This document shows positions 27,620-36,584 of a stretch of DNA of 44,253 bases, one piece after another. Each line of letters starts with the position of its first letter. Position 1 is the first letter of the stretch. Made by a program: the position numbers and the translations under genes. Source of the stretch: a virus (lineage: Duplodnaviria > Caudoviricetes); IMG/VR virus record IMGVR_UViG_3300044878_000143, positions 1 to 44,253 of that record; one strand, given 5' to 3'. The notes below the pieces were generated by a model that saw nothing but the letters and a program-made list of their open reading frames with translations, had not been told where the DNA came from and did not search any database.

Positions 27620-27767
27620 CCGCACCTACGCCGTCGAGGTTAGCTCGCTAAGTGGCGAGTTTTGGTGGTACGTGGCCGCGCTGAACATTCGCTCCCACGG
27701 GACCTACGCCAACTACTCCGAGGCCCTGCGGGCCGGCTGGAAATTCTGTGAGGAGCGCCTCAAATGA
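27612..27767 (+). CDS. Small hypothetical protein (51 aa, MANRTYAVEV)
   Basis: Below the ORF-track cutoff; overlaps both neighbours. Confidence 0.6.
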   Translation: MANRTYAVEVSSLSGEFWWYVAALNIRSHGTYANYSEALRAGWKFCEERLK

Positions 27768-28057
27768 AACCACTGCGCATCGTCACCCTGGCCCAGCTCG
27801 ACCTGCTGCCCTACGGCACCATCGTCAGCCCCATCGTGGTGAAGGACGGCGCCATGCAGTTCGACATCCAAGGCACCCTGCAGCTCAAGCCCAAGGCCAA
27901 ACTGGTGGGGCGTCAGGACATCTGGCTGGTGCTGGTCGACGAACTGCCGGACGTGCGGATCGAGGAAGGGCGGATCAGCCACAGCGAGGCGGTCACCCAC
28001 TACACGATCCCCAACGACTTCCACCCTCACCGATTCGTTGTCTGGAGCACGCCATGA
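27764..28057 (+). CDS. Hypothetical protein
   Basis: GAGGAG RBS, ATGA overlap. Confidence 0.7.
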   Translation: MKPLRIVTLAQLDLLPYGTIVSPIVVKDGAMQFDIQGTLQLKPKAKLVGRQDIWLVLVDELPDVRIEEGRISHSEAVTHYTIPNDFHPHRFVVWSTP

Positions 28058-28356
28058 CCGATAAGAATGAGCCCAGCGACCTGATCGGCCGGCTGGCCCT
28101 GCTGCACCGCAACACCACCAACCTAAAGGACCGCGCCACCATCAAGGAGGCCCTGCGCCTCCTTGATCCCACCGACGACATGGAGCTCACCGCCCTGCAG
28201 ATGCAGGATAAGTACAGCCCCAACGACGGTGGCTGGGGTGGCCACCCGGACTATGAGTTCGACGAGTGGCGCCAAGAAGTGGCCGACGAAAACACCCTGC
28301 TCGGCTACTGGGACTGGGTCTACAACGCAGTACAACGGGGAGATCAACCGACGTGA
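28054..28356 (+). CDS. Hypothetical protein (MTDKNEP...GYWDWV)
   Basis: GGAG RBS, ATGA overlap. Confidence 0.7.
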   Translation: MTDKNEPSDLIGRLALLHRNTTNLKDRATIKEALRLLDPTDDMELTALQMQDKYSPNDGGWGGHPDYEFDEWRQEVADENTLLGYWDWVYNAVQRGDQPT

Positions 28357-28586
28357 ACATCCAAGCCAAGTCGGAACAGGAACTGACCACCATCATCCGC
28401 AACCACTTCCGGGTCAACTACTCGGTGGCGGACTGCCTGAACATCATCGAAACCCTGGTGATTCGTAAGCAGCGCGACATCCTCACCCCGAACAACAAGG
28501 CACTGATCGCCAAACTGGAGGCACCCAGTGAGCACATGGCACCAGCAACAGAACCCGACCAACCTGCAGCTGCTCTGGAAGCCTGA
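28353..28586 (+). CDS. Hypothetical protein
   Basis: GTG overlapping the upstream stop, GGGAG RBS. Confidence 0.6.
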   Translation: MNIQAKSEQELTTIIRNHFRVNYSVADCLNIIETLVIRKQRDILTPNNKALIAKLEAPSEHMAPATEPDQPAAALEA

Positions 28587-28743
28587 GCCCGGTCGCTACA
28601 AGTGCATCAGCGACAAGCCCAACCAACTGGCCAGCTGCATGGTCTTCGACAACGAGGCAGACGCCCTGCGCTACTGCCACAACACCGGCGACACACTGGT
28701 CCGGCCGCCACAGGAGGTGCCGCGTGAAGCGCAAATTCAATGA
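28528..28743 (+). CDS. Hypothetical protein
   Basis: GGAGG RBS, GTG start. Confidence 0.6.
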   Translation: MSTWHQQQNPTNLQLLWKPEPGRYKCISDKPNQLASCMVFDNEADALRYCHNTGDTLVRPPQEVPREAQIQ

Positions 28744-29044
28744 ACGGGCGGCCTACAACATCGCCGCCAACGGCATCCTCAACCACGTCGGCGCCGTCTA
28801 CGCCCCGCAGAACGAGACGTACCCGTACACGGTCAGCACCAAGGCTGGCCCACTGCGGGTCAGCATCGACTCCGACTGCTGCATCTGCACCCGCTTCGAG
28901 GACATCGAAGCGGCCAAACAACTGGACCTTGGCGATCGCCTCAACCCGCACAGTGGCAAGTGGAACTGGATGGGTGGTGACGATCACCAAGGTGACATGG
29001 TGGACCTCGCGATGTTTCAGCAGGCCCTGAGGAAGATTGTATGA
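28724..29044 (+). CDS. Hypothetical protein
   Basis: AGGAGG RBS, GTG start. Confidence 0.7.
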   Translation: MKRKFNERAAYNIAANGILNHVGAVYAPQNETYPYTVSTKAGPLRVSIDSDCCICTRFEDIEAAKQLDLGDRLNPHSGKWNWMGGDDHQGDMVDLAMFQQALRKIV

Positions 29045-29298
29045 CCGACCGCATCGTCTATCAGGTCGTCTCCGAACCCGGCGGGGTCGACGGCCGTGAC
29101 CACAACGACAAGGGTGGCACCGTGATCTACGCCACCTTTGAAAAGGACGCCGCCACCCGCCGCAAGGGCAACGACAGCCGCCTGCGCATCGAGCCGATCG
29201 TGGTCGACGTCGAGGCGGTGATGAAGGCGGCGATGGCCAAACTCAGCCTGGTCGATCGGCTGGTGCTGTTCCCTCCGGAAAAGAAGGTGACGCGATGA
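29041..29298 (+). CDS. Hypothetical protein
   Basis: GAGGA RBS, ATGA overlap. Confidence 0.7.
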   Translation: MTDRIVYQVVSEPGGVDGRDHNDKGGTVIYATFEKDAATRRKGNDSRLRIEPIVVDVEAVMKAAMAKLSLVDRLVLFPPEKKVTR

Positions 29299-29489
29299 GC
29301 CGCCAACCCACCAGCAACGTGGACTACGTCCAAGAGAAAGGCCTGCAATGCCCCTACTGCCGCAGCACGGACATCGAAGGCAGCGAGGTCGTGATCGACG
29401 AAGGCAAGGCCTACCAGAAGGTCGGCTGCAACGACTGCGACAAGGAATGGACTGACACCTACGTCCTGACCGGCTGGGAGGCAGTATGA
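29295..29489 (+). CDS. Small zinc-ribbon protein
   Basis: CPYC...CNDC; coupled. Confidence 0.75.
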   Translation: MSRQPTSNVDYVQEKGLQCPYCRSTDIEGSEVVIDEGKAYQKVGCNDCDKEWTDTYVLTGWEAV

Positions 29490-29776
29490 GCCCCACCGGC
29501 CGCCAACCCGGCGAACCCCAGTTCCAGAACCTGCCCGGCACCCCGGCCTACGAGCTGGAGATGGCCGGGGTGCGACTGGCGGAACATCTCGCAAGCCCTG
29601 AGCACAAGGCACAGGTCAGCCGAGTCAAGGCCCTGACCACCGAACTGCGCAAGGTACTCACCGAACTGGCCGAGCGCTTCGACACCACGCCGGAGGAGAT
29701 GGCCAAACTGATCGCCCGCCGCCTGGAACGCAAGGCCAAGGCGGCACTGACCGTAGTTCCACGGGAGGAACCGTGA
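29486..29776 (+). CDS. Hypothetical protein
   Basis: GGAGG RBS, coupled. Confidence 0.7.
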   Translation: MSPTGRQPGEPQFQNLPGTPAYELEMAGVRLAEHLASPEHKAQVSRVKALTTELRKVLTELAERFDTTPEEMAKLIARRLERKAKAALTVVPREEP

Positions 29777-30048
29777 GCCATAAAATTTTCGAAGCCCGCT
29801 ACTACGACGAAAAGGGCACGTACACCGCCAAGGAGTTCGCCTTGGCCCAGCCCGCCACCGGGCTGATCGAGTCCATCGGTGAAGGCAGCGTCACCCTGTT
29901 CCTCGAGGAGCCGAACCAACCTGGCCGCCTGCCCGACACGGTGCAGCGTAGCTTGGCCCACTGGCGCTATCAGGACGGCAAGTGGCAAGCCATCAGCATC
30001 CACACCGGCTGTGCCACGTCCATGGGCGAAGAGAAGCCCCACCTGTAA
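29773..30048 (+). CDS. Hypothetical protein
   Basis: GGAGGA RBS, GTGA overlap. Confidence 0.7.
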   Translation: MSHKIFEARYYDEKGTYTAKEFALAQPATGLIESIGEGSVTLFLEEPNQPGRLPDTVQRSLAHWRYQDGKWQAISIHTGCATSMGEEKPHL

Positions 30049-30076
30049 CCAACCCCAACCGTTCCTCGGAGCCCTC

Positions 30077-30451
30077 ATGAAACTCACCTTAGCCCATGCC
30101 GACACCTGCCTCCCCAGCTACTGGGGCGGCCACCACCTGCCACACATTCAGGTCATCGTCCACCACGGCATGACCCTCAAGGCCCTGAAGGAAGAGCTGA
30201 TCAACGAGCTGCACAACGGCCCGGTGATGGGCGCCGACGCGCCGGCCGAAGACGACGAAGAGTGGTTCCGCCAAGCGCGGATCGCCGTCAACAACCTCAC
30301 CGCCAAGCCCGCCGACACCGGGGTGGTCGAGGTCGAACCACCCCACCCCGATGAGCGCCAGCTGTTCCTCGATCTGGAGCCCGACAGCGAAGACGACGAT
30401 GGCCAGGAGAGCGTGTATGCGTTCTTCGTGTTCATCAAGGAGGACGAGTGA
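30077..30451 (+). CDS. Acidic hypothetical protein (MKLTLAHADT)
   Basis: ATG 30077 after GGAG. Confidence 0.7.
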   Translation: MKLTLAHADTCLPSYWGGHHLPHIQVIVHHGMTLKALKEELINELHNGPVMGADAPAEDDEEWFRQARIAVNNLTAKPADTGVVEVEPPHPDERQLFLDLEPDSEDDDGQESVYAFFVFIKEDE

Positions 30452-30738
30452 ACTACACCATCACCACCCTCCACTACGGCACCGTCGAGTTCGTCTTCAG
30501 CGCCGAAGTCCCGCTGTTTAGCGAGAAAAGACGGGAGATGTGCGACAAGTTCGAAGCCAAACTGGCCGAGGTGACCAAGCCGGAAGGCATCTGGAACGAC
30601 ACCTCTTTCTGCACCCAGGCCGAGGGCTACCAGATCTGCGGCACGGACAAAGACAAGGTCGAGGCGGCGATCAAGGCGCTGACCTCCTACATCCAGCGCT
30701 TTAAACACGTCGAGTTCTACGACGCCAAGGACTACTGA
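30448..30738 (+). CDS. Hypothetical protein
   Basis: AGGAGG RBS, GTGA overlap. Confidence 0.7.
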   Translation: MNYTITTLHYGTVEFVFSAEVPLFSEKRREMCDKFEAKLAEVTKPEGIWNDTSFCTQAEGYQICGTDKDKVEAAIKALTSYIQRFKHVEFYDAKDY

Positions 30739-30739
30739 C

Positions 30740-31273
30740 ATGATCAACAACTACTGGATCAGCCCCACCGACCGCGAAAAAGGCGAACCCTTCACCCTGC
30801 TGGGCATCGAAGGTCACCTCATCAAAGTCCCCAGTGCCGACGGCATATGGGATCGGCAGGAGTTTTATGCCCGCCGCGAGTTCAAGCCCGGCGGCTGCTT
30901 CGACATCCTGCTGCGCTACGACCGAGGCCCCAAACAAAACACCAGCAACAGCTTCAGCATCGTCCGTGACTTCGGCAACGTCAGCGGCCCGCTGAGCATT
31001 GAGGAAGCCGTCCAATACTGGCCGGAGTTGGCGCACCTGGTGAAGTGGCACCTGAGCAGTGAAGGCGAGCCGCTGTACTACATCGAGAACACCCTGTACT
31101 GGGTGGAGCAAGGCAAGCTGGAGCTGGCCCGCAAGTGCTGTCACTGGCTGGACGCCACCGACGAGCAGCTCACCCACCCACTTCTACGGGAAGCGCTGGC
31201 GGCCCGCCTGCCTGCCCTGCAACAACAATTCCGTGACGAACTGGCCGCCACCGGCCTGCTTCTGCACCCGTAA
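30740..31273 (+). CDS. Hypothetical protein, paralog of the next gene
   Basis: Shares PELxHLxKWH and DATDEQL motifs with 31303-32256. Confidence 0.8.
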   Translation: MINNYWISPTDREKGEPFTLLGIEGHLIKVPSADGIWDRQEFYARREFKPGGCFDILLRYDRGPKQNTSNSFSIVRDFGNVSGPLSIEEAVQYWPELAHLVKWHLSSEGEPLYYIENTLYWVEQGKLELARKCCHWLDATDEQLTHPLLREALAARLPALQQQFRDELAATGLLLHP

Positions 31274-31302
31274 CCGCAACCCTTAGAGAAAAGGACTAAG
31301 CA

Positions 31303-32256
31303 ATGGAAACTCAAGTAACCCTGTGTGGCGTGCCTGGCCGCCTGACCCGCGTGCCGAAAAAGGACAAGCCGGGCCTGTTCCTGCACCAGAAATGGCTCAG
31401 TGAGCGCCGCACCAAGACCGTCAAGGGTCGCAAGATCCTGATGCACGCCGAGATACGCTTCGACGACAACTGTGGCAACGGCCACAACAGCTTCGGCGTC
31501 ACCGGCCACGGTTGGGAAGACCACTACAAGGCCCGCGACTGGGACTTCGGCGGGTGCTGTCACGAGGAGATCGCCGCTGTCTTCCCCGAGTTGAAGCACC
31601 TGATCAAGTGGCACTTCATGAGCAGCGACAGCCCGATGCACTACGTCGCCAACACGGTGTACCACGCCAGCAATCTGGACAACGGCAAGGCCAAGGGCGA
31701 GCCGAACCAGTGGGCCAAGCGCCTGAAGTTCGGGCAGTTCCCGATCACCTTCAGCATCAAGGAGCGCGGCTTCCTTGAGTGGCTGATGGCGGCGCTGGAA
31801 CACCGCGCCGCCACGCCGAAGACCAACCCCGAGCGCAAGAACTTCGAGGTGGTCGAGATCCCTTACGTCAGGCGGGACAACGGCACCGATTACAAATTCT
31901 CGCCGAAGTACAGCTTCGACGACTGGGCGGACGACTGGTACAAGTGCCCGTTCGACAGCCGGACGGAGGCCGAGGAGTTCCGCGAGGCCATCCTGATGTA
32001 CGAGGGCCAGATCCAGGTGATCAAGATCGTCACCGGCTACAGCCCCGGCAAGGAGCGTGACCTCGACGCCGCCCGCCGCTGCGGGATCTGGCCGGACGCC
32101 ACCGACGAGCAGCTGATGCTGCCGCCAGACGAGCTGACCGCCCTGCTGGAAGCCCGACTGCCTGCCATGGTGGCCGAGTTCAAGGCGGCCATTGAATCCA
32201 CCGGATGCCTGCTGTGGGAGCCAGAACATGTACCTGACACAACTCCGAGCGCTTGA
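31303..32256 (+). CDS. Hypothetical protein (317 aa), paralog of the previous gene
   Basis: AAGGA RBS; shared motifs. Confidence 0.85.
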   Translation: METQVTLCGVPGRLTRVPKKDKPGLFLHQKWLSERRTKTVKGRKILMHAEIRFDDNCGNGHNSFGVTGHGWEDHYKARDWDFGGCCHEEIAAVFPELKHLIKWHFMSSDSPMHYVANTVYHASNLDNGKAKGEPNQWAKRLKFGQFPITFSIKERGFLEWLMAALEHRAATPKTNPERKNFEVVEIPYVRRDNGTDYKFSPKYSFDDWADDWYKCPFDSRTEAEEFREAILMYEGQIQVIKIVTGYSPGKERDLDAARRCGIWPDATDEQLMLPPDELTALLEARLPAMVAEFKAAIESTGCLLWEPEHVPDTTPSA

Positions 32257-32590
32257 CGTCAGCCACACCAACTGGCCGACGTCGGCGGACGCCCACCGCC
32301 TGACGGTGTGCTTCGACATCGTGGACGCCACGTTGAACAGCTGGGTAGAAGCCCACACGCTGTTCAACCGGCGTCAGCGGTTCAACGACCGAACCTTCAT
32401 CAGCGTCGGCCTGCACCAAGGCTTCACCAAACTGGTGGTGCAGGCGATGCAACACATCGAGGACGACGACGTGCGCAGTTTCGGCACCAACAAGTTCCCC
32501 AGCGAGACCCTGGCCTACGCGCTGATCAAGGTCTGGCTGGCACGGGAGGCGGAGGAACTATGTCTGTCCCAACGAAAACCTGCCGGCTGA
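32228..32590 (+). CDS. Hypothetical protein (MYLTQLRA)
   Basis: GGGAG RBS before ATG 32228. Confidence 0.65.
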   Translation: MYLTQLRALDVSHTNWPTSADAHRLTVCFDIVDATLNSWVEAHTLFNRRQRFNDRTFISVGLHQGFTKLVVQAMQHIEDDDVRSFGTNKFPSETLAYALIKVWLAREAEELCLSQRKPAG

Positions 32591-32760
32591 AGAAGGACAA
32601 GCAGGAACGCTTCAATATCAAGCGGGGCTGGTACACCACGGCTTGGCGGATCGTCGACCAGAACGGCGTCGACCTCGTCCAGCCGTGGTGCCGGACCAAG
32701 AAAGAGGCGCGGGAGACTGCGAAGAACCTCGGCTACAGCATTGAAGGAGTGCTGGAATGA
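32560..32760 (+). CDS. Small basic protein (MSVPTKTC)
   Basis: GGAGG RBS. Confidence 0.65.
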   Translation: MSVPTKTCRLKKDKQERFNIKRGWYTTAWRIVDQNGVDLVQPWCRTKKEARETAKNLGYSIEGVLE

Positions 32761-32978
32761 CTACCAAGGTCAAGCAAGACGAGTTCCACTCGATGCGCGG
32801 CCACGTTGCCGACGGCACCGAAATCCTCATGCGCAACGGCGACACCCTGACCCTCAAGGCCGTGATGAAAGGCTGGCAGCTGTTCAAGGGTGACCAGCAG
32901 TGGGCGCCACCGACCGACTCGGCCTACGTGATCGAGTGTCTGGTGTTCAGCTACCCCAACCCGGAGATCGGCCCGTGA
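32757..32978 (+). CDS. Hypothetical protein
   Basis: AAGGAG RBS, ATGA overlap. Confidence 0.7.
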   Translation: MTTKVKQDEFHSMRGHVADGTEILMRNGDTLTLKAVMKGWQLFKGDQQWAPPTDSAYVIECLVFSYPNPEIGP

Positions 32979-33241
32979 GGGCCGTCAGCGCCACGCTGTA
33001 CCGTGGCAAAAAGAAGGAGAAGGTCTGGACCCGCTACTACAGCTGGATGGACACCGCGATGCCGAGGGCCGTGCAGCTGGCGCTGCACACCGGCTAGGCC
33101 GGCGACGTGGTCGAGTTCGCCAGCACCGACATCGGCTTCCAGATAGGCGTCCTGCACATCAGGTCGGGCAACCGGATCGAGATGGAGTATTCCGATCTGG
33201 TGCGCAGCAGCCCGTCGCTATTGAAGCTCTTGGGAGAGTGA
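32975..33241 (+). pseudogene. 88-codon gene interrupted by an in-frame TAG (33095-33097): nonsense mutation or readthrough
   Basis: GTG coupled to the upstream stop; the frame continues with coding-like sequence to TGA 33241, 1 nt before the next ATG. Confidence 0.65.
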
Positions 33242-33242
33242 C

Positions 33243-33680
33243 ATGCCGTACTACATCAACGCTGTAACTCAGCGGGTGGTGCAGGTTTCCACGACGTCCA
33301 CCAAGGAAACCAGCGCGGTCTACACCCTGTACGACACCAAGGAAGAGGCGGAGGCCTTCCTGATGTCGGTCGACCACCTGGCCGACCTGATGGAACTGCA
33401 GAGCAAGGGCAGCATCTTTACCCGGCCCAGCCCGCAGCAGTACAAGCGGATCGCCGCGCTGCTGGAATGCCTGAAGCTGATCCACACCACCATGGACGTG
33501 GATCAGTGGGACTCGGAAACCTCGCAGAACGTCAGCGAGCTGCTGACCTCCTACGACCTGCCGATCCGTGACTTCAACCCCGGCGAAGGCAACTGCATTG
33601 CCTGCGGTGAGCCGGAAACCAGCCATGACCCGCACTGCCCGATCCGCATCGAAGCGGAGGGATCACCCAACGAGGTGTGA
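33243..33680 (+). CDS. Hypothetical protein with C-terminal CxxC-H-C motif
   Basis: GGGAG RBS; CIAC...HDPHC. Confidence 0.7.
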   Translation: MPYYINAVTQRVVQVSTTSTKETSAVYTLYDTKEEAEAFLMSVDHLADLMELQSKGSIFTRPSPQQYKRIAALLECLKLIHTTMDVDQWDSETSQNVSELLTSYDLPIRDFNPGEGNCIACGEPETSHDPHCPIRIEAEGSPNEV

Positions 33681-33681
33681 C

Positions 33682-33885
33682 ATGTGCAAATTGAAAGGCC
33701 GCAGCCTGACCATCCACGGACCCTCTGACGAGCCCCGGCGCGTCATGGTCATAGCCAACTATGTCGGCGACCCTTGCGTGGTCCTACGCCTGAAAAGGGT
33801 CGGCACCTTGGGCATCACGCCCACGGAAGCCGAGCAACTGATCGCCGACCTGAAAGAAGCGCTGAAGGCGCTAAGAGAGGAGTAA
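33682..33885 (+). CDS. Hypothetical protein (MCKLKG)
   Basis: GAGGT RBS. Confidence 0.6.
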   Translation: MCKLKGRSLTIHGPSDEPRRVMVIANYVGDPCVVLRLKRVGTLGITPTEAEQLIADLKEALKALREE

Positions 33886-34242
33886 ATGATCCAACCCATC
33901 CCCCTATTCAAAGGCGTCCAGATACTGCCGTCGCTCAGCCTCGTCGAGCCCAAGGTCGAAGAGGTTCAGCGCGGCTGGAAGGAGCGCCTGTGGAGCTGGC
34001 CGTGGGCGCCGTGGGTGCCCACAAAGTTCGTCACTACCTACGTGGCCAGCCGCACCGTCATCAACCTCAACGGCGTGCTCTACGCCCACCCCGACCTGAT
34101 TGAAGAGATCCAGGCTCAGCTGGACAAAAAGGGAGTAGAGGACTGCCCCCACAAAGAATGGACTGAGGAGAGTGCGGCTAACGGCTGGAGGTCAAGCTGC
34201 GTCAAGTGCGGCATAAAAGCTCAGGGGAGTTGTCAAGGATGA
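33886..34242 (+). CDS. Hypothetical protein
   Basis: GAGGAG RBS; RGWKERLWSWPWAPW motif. Confidence 0.7.
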   Translation: MIQPIPLFKGVQILPSLSLVEPKVEEVQRGWKERLWSWPWAPWVPTKFVTTYVASRTVINLNGVLYAHPDLIEEIQAQLDKKGVEDCPHKEWTEESAANGWRSSCVKCGIKAQGSCQG

Positions 34243-34472
34243 GCCAGTCGCGACTCAGCAGCCTGGCCGAAACCACGGTGAACATGATCGTCGGCTTCTG
34301 GCTGTCGGTGTTGGTGCAGATGATCGTCTTCCCGTTGTATGGGTACGAGCTGAAACTGCACGACAACATGGCGATCGTGGCCCTCTTCACCATCACCAGC
34401 ATGGCCCGCAGCTACGTCTTGCGGCGGATCTTCAACTGGCTGAGCAGCCGCAAGGAGGCTGAACGTGCCTGA
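34239..34472 (+). CDS. Small two-TM membrane protein (MSQSRLSSLAE)
   Basis: ATGA overlap, GGGGAG RBS, two hydrophobic helices. Confidence 0.75.
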   Translation: MSQSRLSSLAETTVNMIVGFWLSVLVQMIVFPLYGYELKLHDNMAIVALFTITSMARSYVLRRIFNWLSSRKEAERA

Positions 34473-34677
34473 CTATTTCGTGACCCTGATGGGCAGCGCC
34501 GCGATGTTCCGACAAGTCACGGTGACTGCCGAAAACGAGGAGCAGGCCAAGGCATTTGCTGTGGCCGGTGCTCCTTCCGACCCCAGCGAGTGGCACATCG
34601 AACCGGAGACGGCGATGTGCGACGTAGAGGCCACCGAGGCGGTGGTCGAGGACGAAGACGATGACGACGAAACCTGA
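34465..34677 (+). CDS. Small acidic protein
   Basis: AAGGAGG RBS, GTG start. Confidence 0.7.
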   Translation: MPDYFVTLMGSAAMFRQVTVTAENEEQAKAFAVAGAPSDPSEWHIEPETAMCDVEATEAVVEDEDDDDET

Positions 34678-35245
34678 ACCGCCGATGACGGTGTTCCTGG
34701 TCAACGGCACCACCATCAACGTGCCGTATGACCCAGAGGTGATGGCTTTCACCAACGACGGCTACGAGATCCGCAACCCGACACAGTCGGAGTGCAGCCG
34801 GTTCTACATCGACCCCAAGGAGTACGGCTTCGAGGTGTGGAACAGCGGGGGCGGCATCATGGTCCTGAAACGGGAACTGCCCGGCAACGGTGGTTACCTG
34901 CTGCTGACCACCGCCGATGGCAGCAGCATCCCCGCGCCGGCCGACTCGGACACCGCGCTGCTGGGTCGCTACACCAACGGCGGGGACCCGGTGGCCTACA
35001 TCACCGTCGGGAACATCCCCTTCGTTGGCGAGGAGGAGCCGATCGAGATCCTGACGGTCGAGACCATGACCGTGTTCGTCGACGGCCAGCCCGAACAGCG
35101 CGCCGTCGACCACATCATGCGGCCCGAGTCCTTGATCAAAGGCAAGTGGGTGCCCAACAGGCTGTCGAAACGGGTCCCCGTGCTGAAGGAAGGCGAGGTC
35201 ATCCGCGAGACGGTGGACGGCAAGGTGCACATCTTCAAGCAGTAG
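34661..35245 (+). CDS. Hypothetical protein
   Basis: GAGGA RBS; ends in TAG-TAA tandem stop. Confidence 0.7.
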   Translation: MTTKPEPPMTVFLVNGTTINVPYDPEVMAFTNDGYEIRNPTQSECSRFYIDPKEYGFEVWNSGGGIMVLKRELPGNGGYLLLTTADGSSIPAPADSDTALLGRYTNGGDPVAYITVGNIPFVGEEEPIEILTVETMTVFVDGQPEQRAVDHIMRPESLIKGKWVPNRLSKRVPVLKEGEVIRETVDGKVHIFKQ

Positions 35246-35279
35246 TAAACCCGCTAACCAGCGAGTAACATCCCCCGCC

Positions 35280-35471
35280 ATGAACAATCAAGAGTACGTC
35301 GCGGCGATCATGAAAATGACCGTCGCCGAACTACTGGCTCATGTCATCAACAACCCCACGGACCTCACTGACAGTTACTACAGTGAGTTCCGCAAGGCGA
35401 TCCATGACCGGTACGACGAGTTAACCAACCCCAACCAAAAGGAAGTGCCTCATGAAACGACTGTTACATAA
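35280..35471 (+). CDS. Small hypothetical protein
   Basis: 63-aa ORF filling the gap; weak RBS. Confidence 0.55.
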   Translation: MNNQEYVAAIMKMTVAELLAHVINNPTDLTDSYYSEFRKAIHDRYDELTNPNQKEVPHETTVT

Positions 35472-36351
35472 CACCCTGCTGCTGATGCTTCTGGTCTGTT
35501 CCAGCCTGGCCTACGCTGCACCACCTCCCACCCTGACCTTCTGTACCGGTGGCGTCGGGGGCTTCTACGAAGGCCTCGGCACCAGCATCGGCGGCAAGAT
35601 CACCAGTGACCTCGGCACCAACCTCAAGGTGCTGACCACCGGTGGCAGCGTCGACAACGCCAAGAAGCTCAAGGCCGGGGATTGCGACATCGCCATCATC
35701 CAGGCCGACGCGGTGATCACCCAGCCGATGCCGGCCTCGTTCAAGGCGGTCAACGCCCATGAAGAGGTGGTCTACTGGCTATTCCCCAAGGGCGGTCCGG
35801 TGGACGACTTTGGCGACATGGAAGACGACAAGGTGATGAAGAAGTACGCCTTCGCCACCGTCAAAGGCAGCGGCGCAGCCGTGACCCTCAACAACTGGAT
35901 CAAAACCGACAAGGACTACGCCGGCGCCGTGCCGGTCGAGTTCAAGGATTGGTACAGCGCGGCCGAAGCCGTGGCCCAGGGGTTCACCATGGACAGTGGG
36001 GTGCGGGTCGACATCGCCGGCATGCTGTACATCGGCCGCCTCGGCATGTTGCCGGCTGACATCACCTCGGACTTCGGCAATCAGATCGTGGTCGGTGAGG
36101 TCAACGACGACTCGTTCGCCAACGCCAAAGACGCCAACGGCAACGACCTGTACACCCACTGCGGCATCCCCAAGGGTAAGACCTCGGGGCTGGAGCGCAC
36201 CAACAGCTTCAACGACCAGAAGACCTACTGCCTTCGTGCTCAGGTGGTCTTCAACAATGCCTACCTGACCGGGCTGGACGAAGCCGAAACCACCGCGGTG
36301 CGCCGTGCCGTGGACAAGGGCATCAACAGCACGGTCAAGGTGGTGCGCTGA
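35452..36351 (+). CDS. TAXI-family (TRAP transporter) solute-binding protein
   Basis: Signal peptide (LAYA), TGGVGGFY, TGGSVDN, DIAIIQAD and GSGA motifs. Confidence 0.8.
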   Translation: MKRLLHNTLLLMLLVCSSLAYAAPPPTLTFCTGGVGGFYEGLGTSIGGKITSDLGTNLKVLTTGGSVDNAKKLKAGDCDIAIIQADAVITQPMPASFKAVNAHEEVVYWLFPKGGPVDDFGDMEDDKVMKKYAFATVKGSGAAVTLNNWIKTDKDYAGAVPVEFKDWYSAAEAVAQGFTMDSGVRVDIAGMLYIGRLGMLPADITSDFGNQIVVGEVNDDSFANAKDANGNDLYTHCGIPKGKTSGLERTNSFNDQKTYCLRAQVVFNNAYLTGLDEAETTAVRRAVDKGINSTVKVVR

Positions 36352-36515
36352 TGAAAGCCATCAGCCATGTACTCGGCATCATCGTGGCCTTCTGGCTGAT
36401 CACCAAGATGGTGGGCTGGGCCATGGGTCTGGTGTTGTTCGTGGCAGCGGTGATCGCCGCCATGCTCTGCACCTGGTGGCACTTGCGTAAGTTGAAAAAG
36501 AAGTTCCGCAGTTGA
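36351..36515 (+). CDS. Small two-TM membrane protein (54 aa)
   Basis: TGATG coupling to the SBP gene; MKAISHVLGIIVAFWLITKMVGWAMGLVLFVAAVIAAMLCTWWHLRKLKKKFRS. Confidence 0.7.
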   Translation: MKAISHVLGIIVAFWLITKMVGWAMGLVLFVAAVIAAMLCTWWHLRKLKKKFRS

Positions 36516-36584
36516 TTCAAGGCAGGGCTCTGGAAACAGAGCCTTGTCACTTGAGCCATCTGAAACAGCACAACGGAGACATCT

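Noticed and set aside
32975-33241. Genome-wide amber recoding
   Set aside because: Only one internal TAG noticed; other genes are intact in the standard code and no CTA-anticodon tRNA is in the window.
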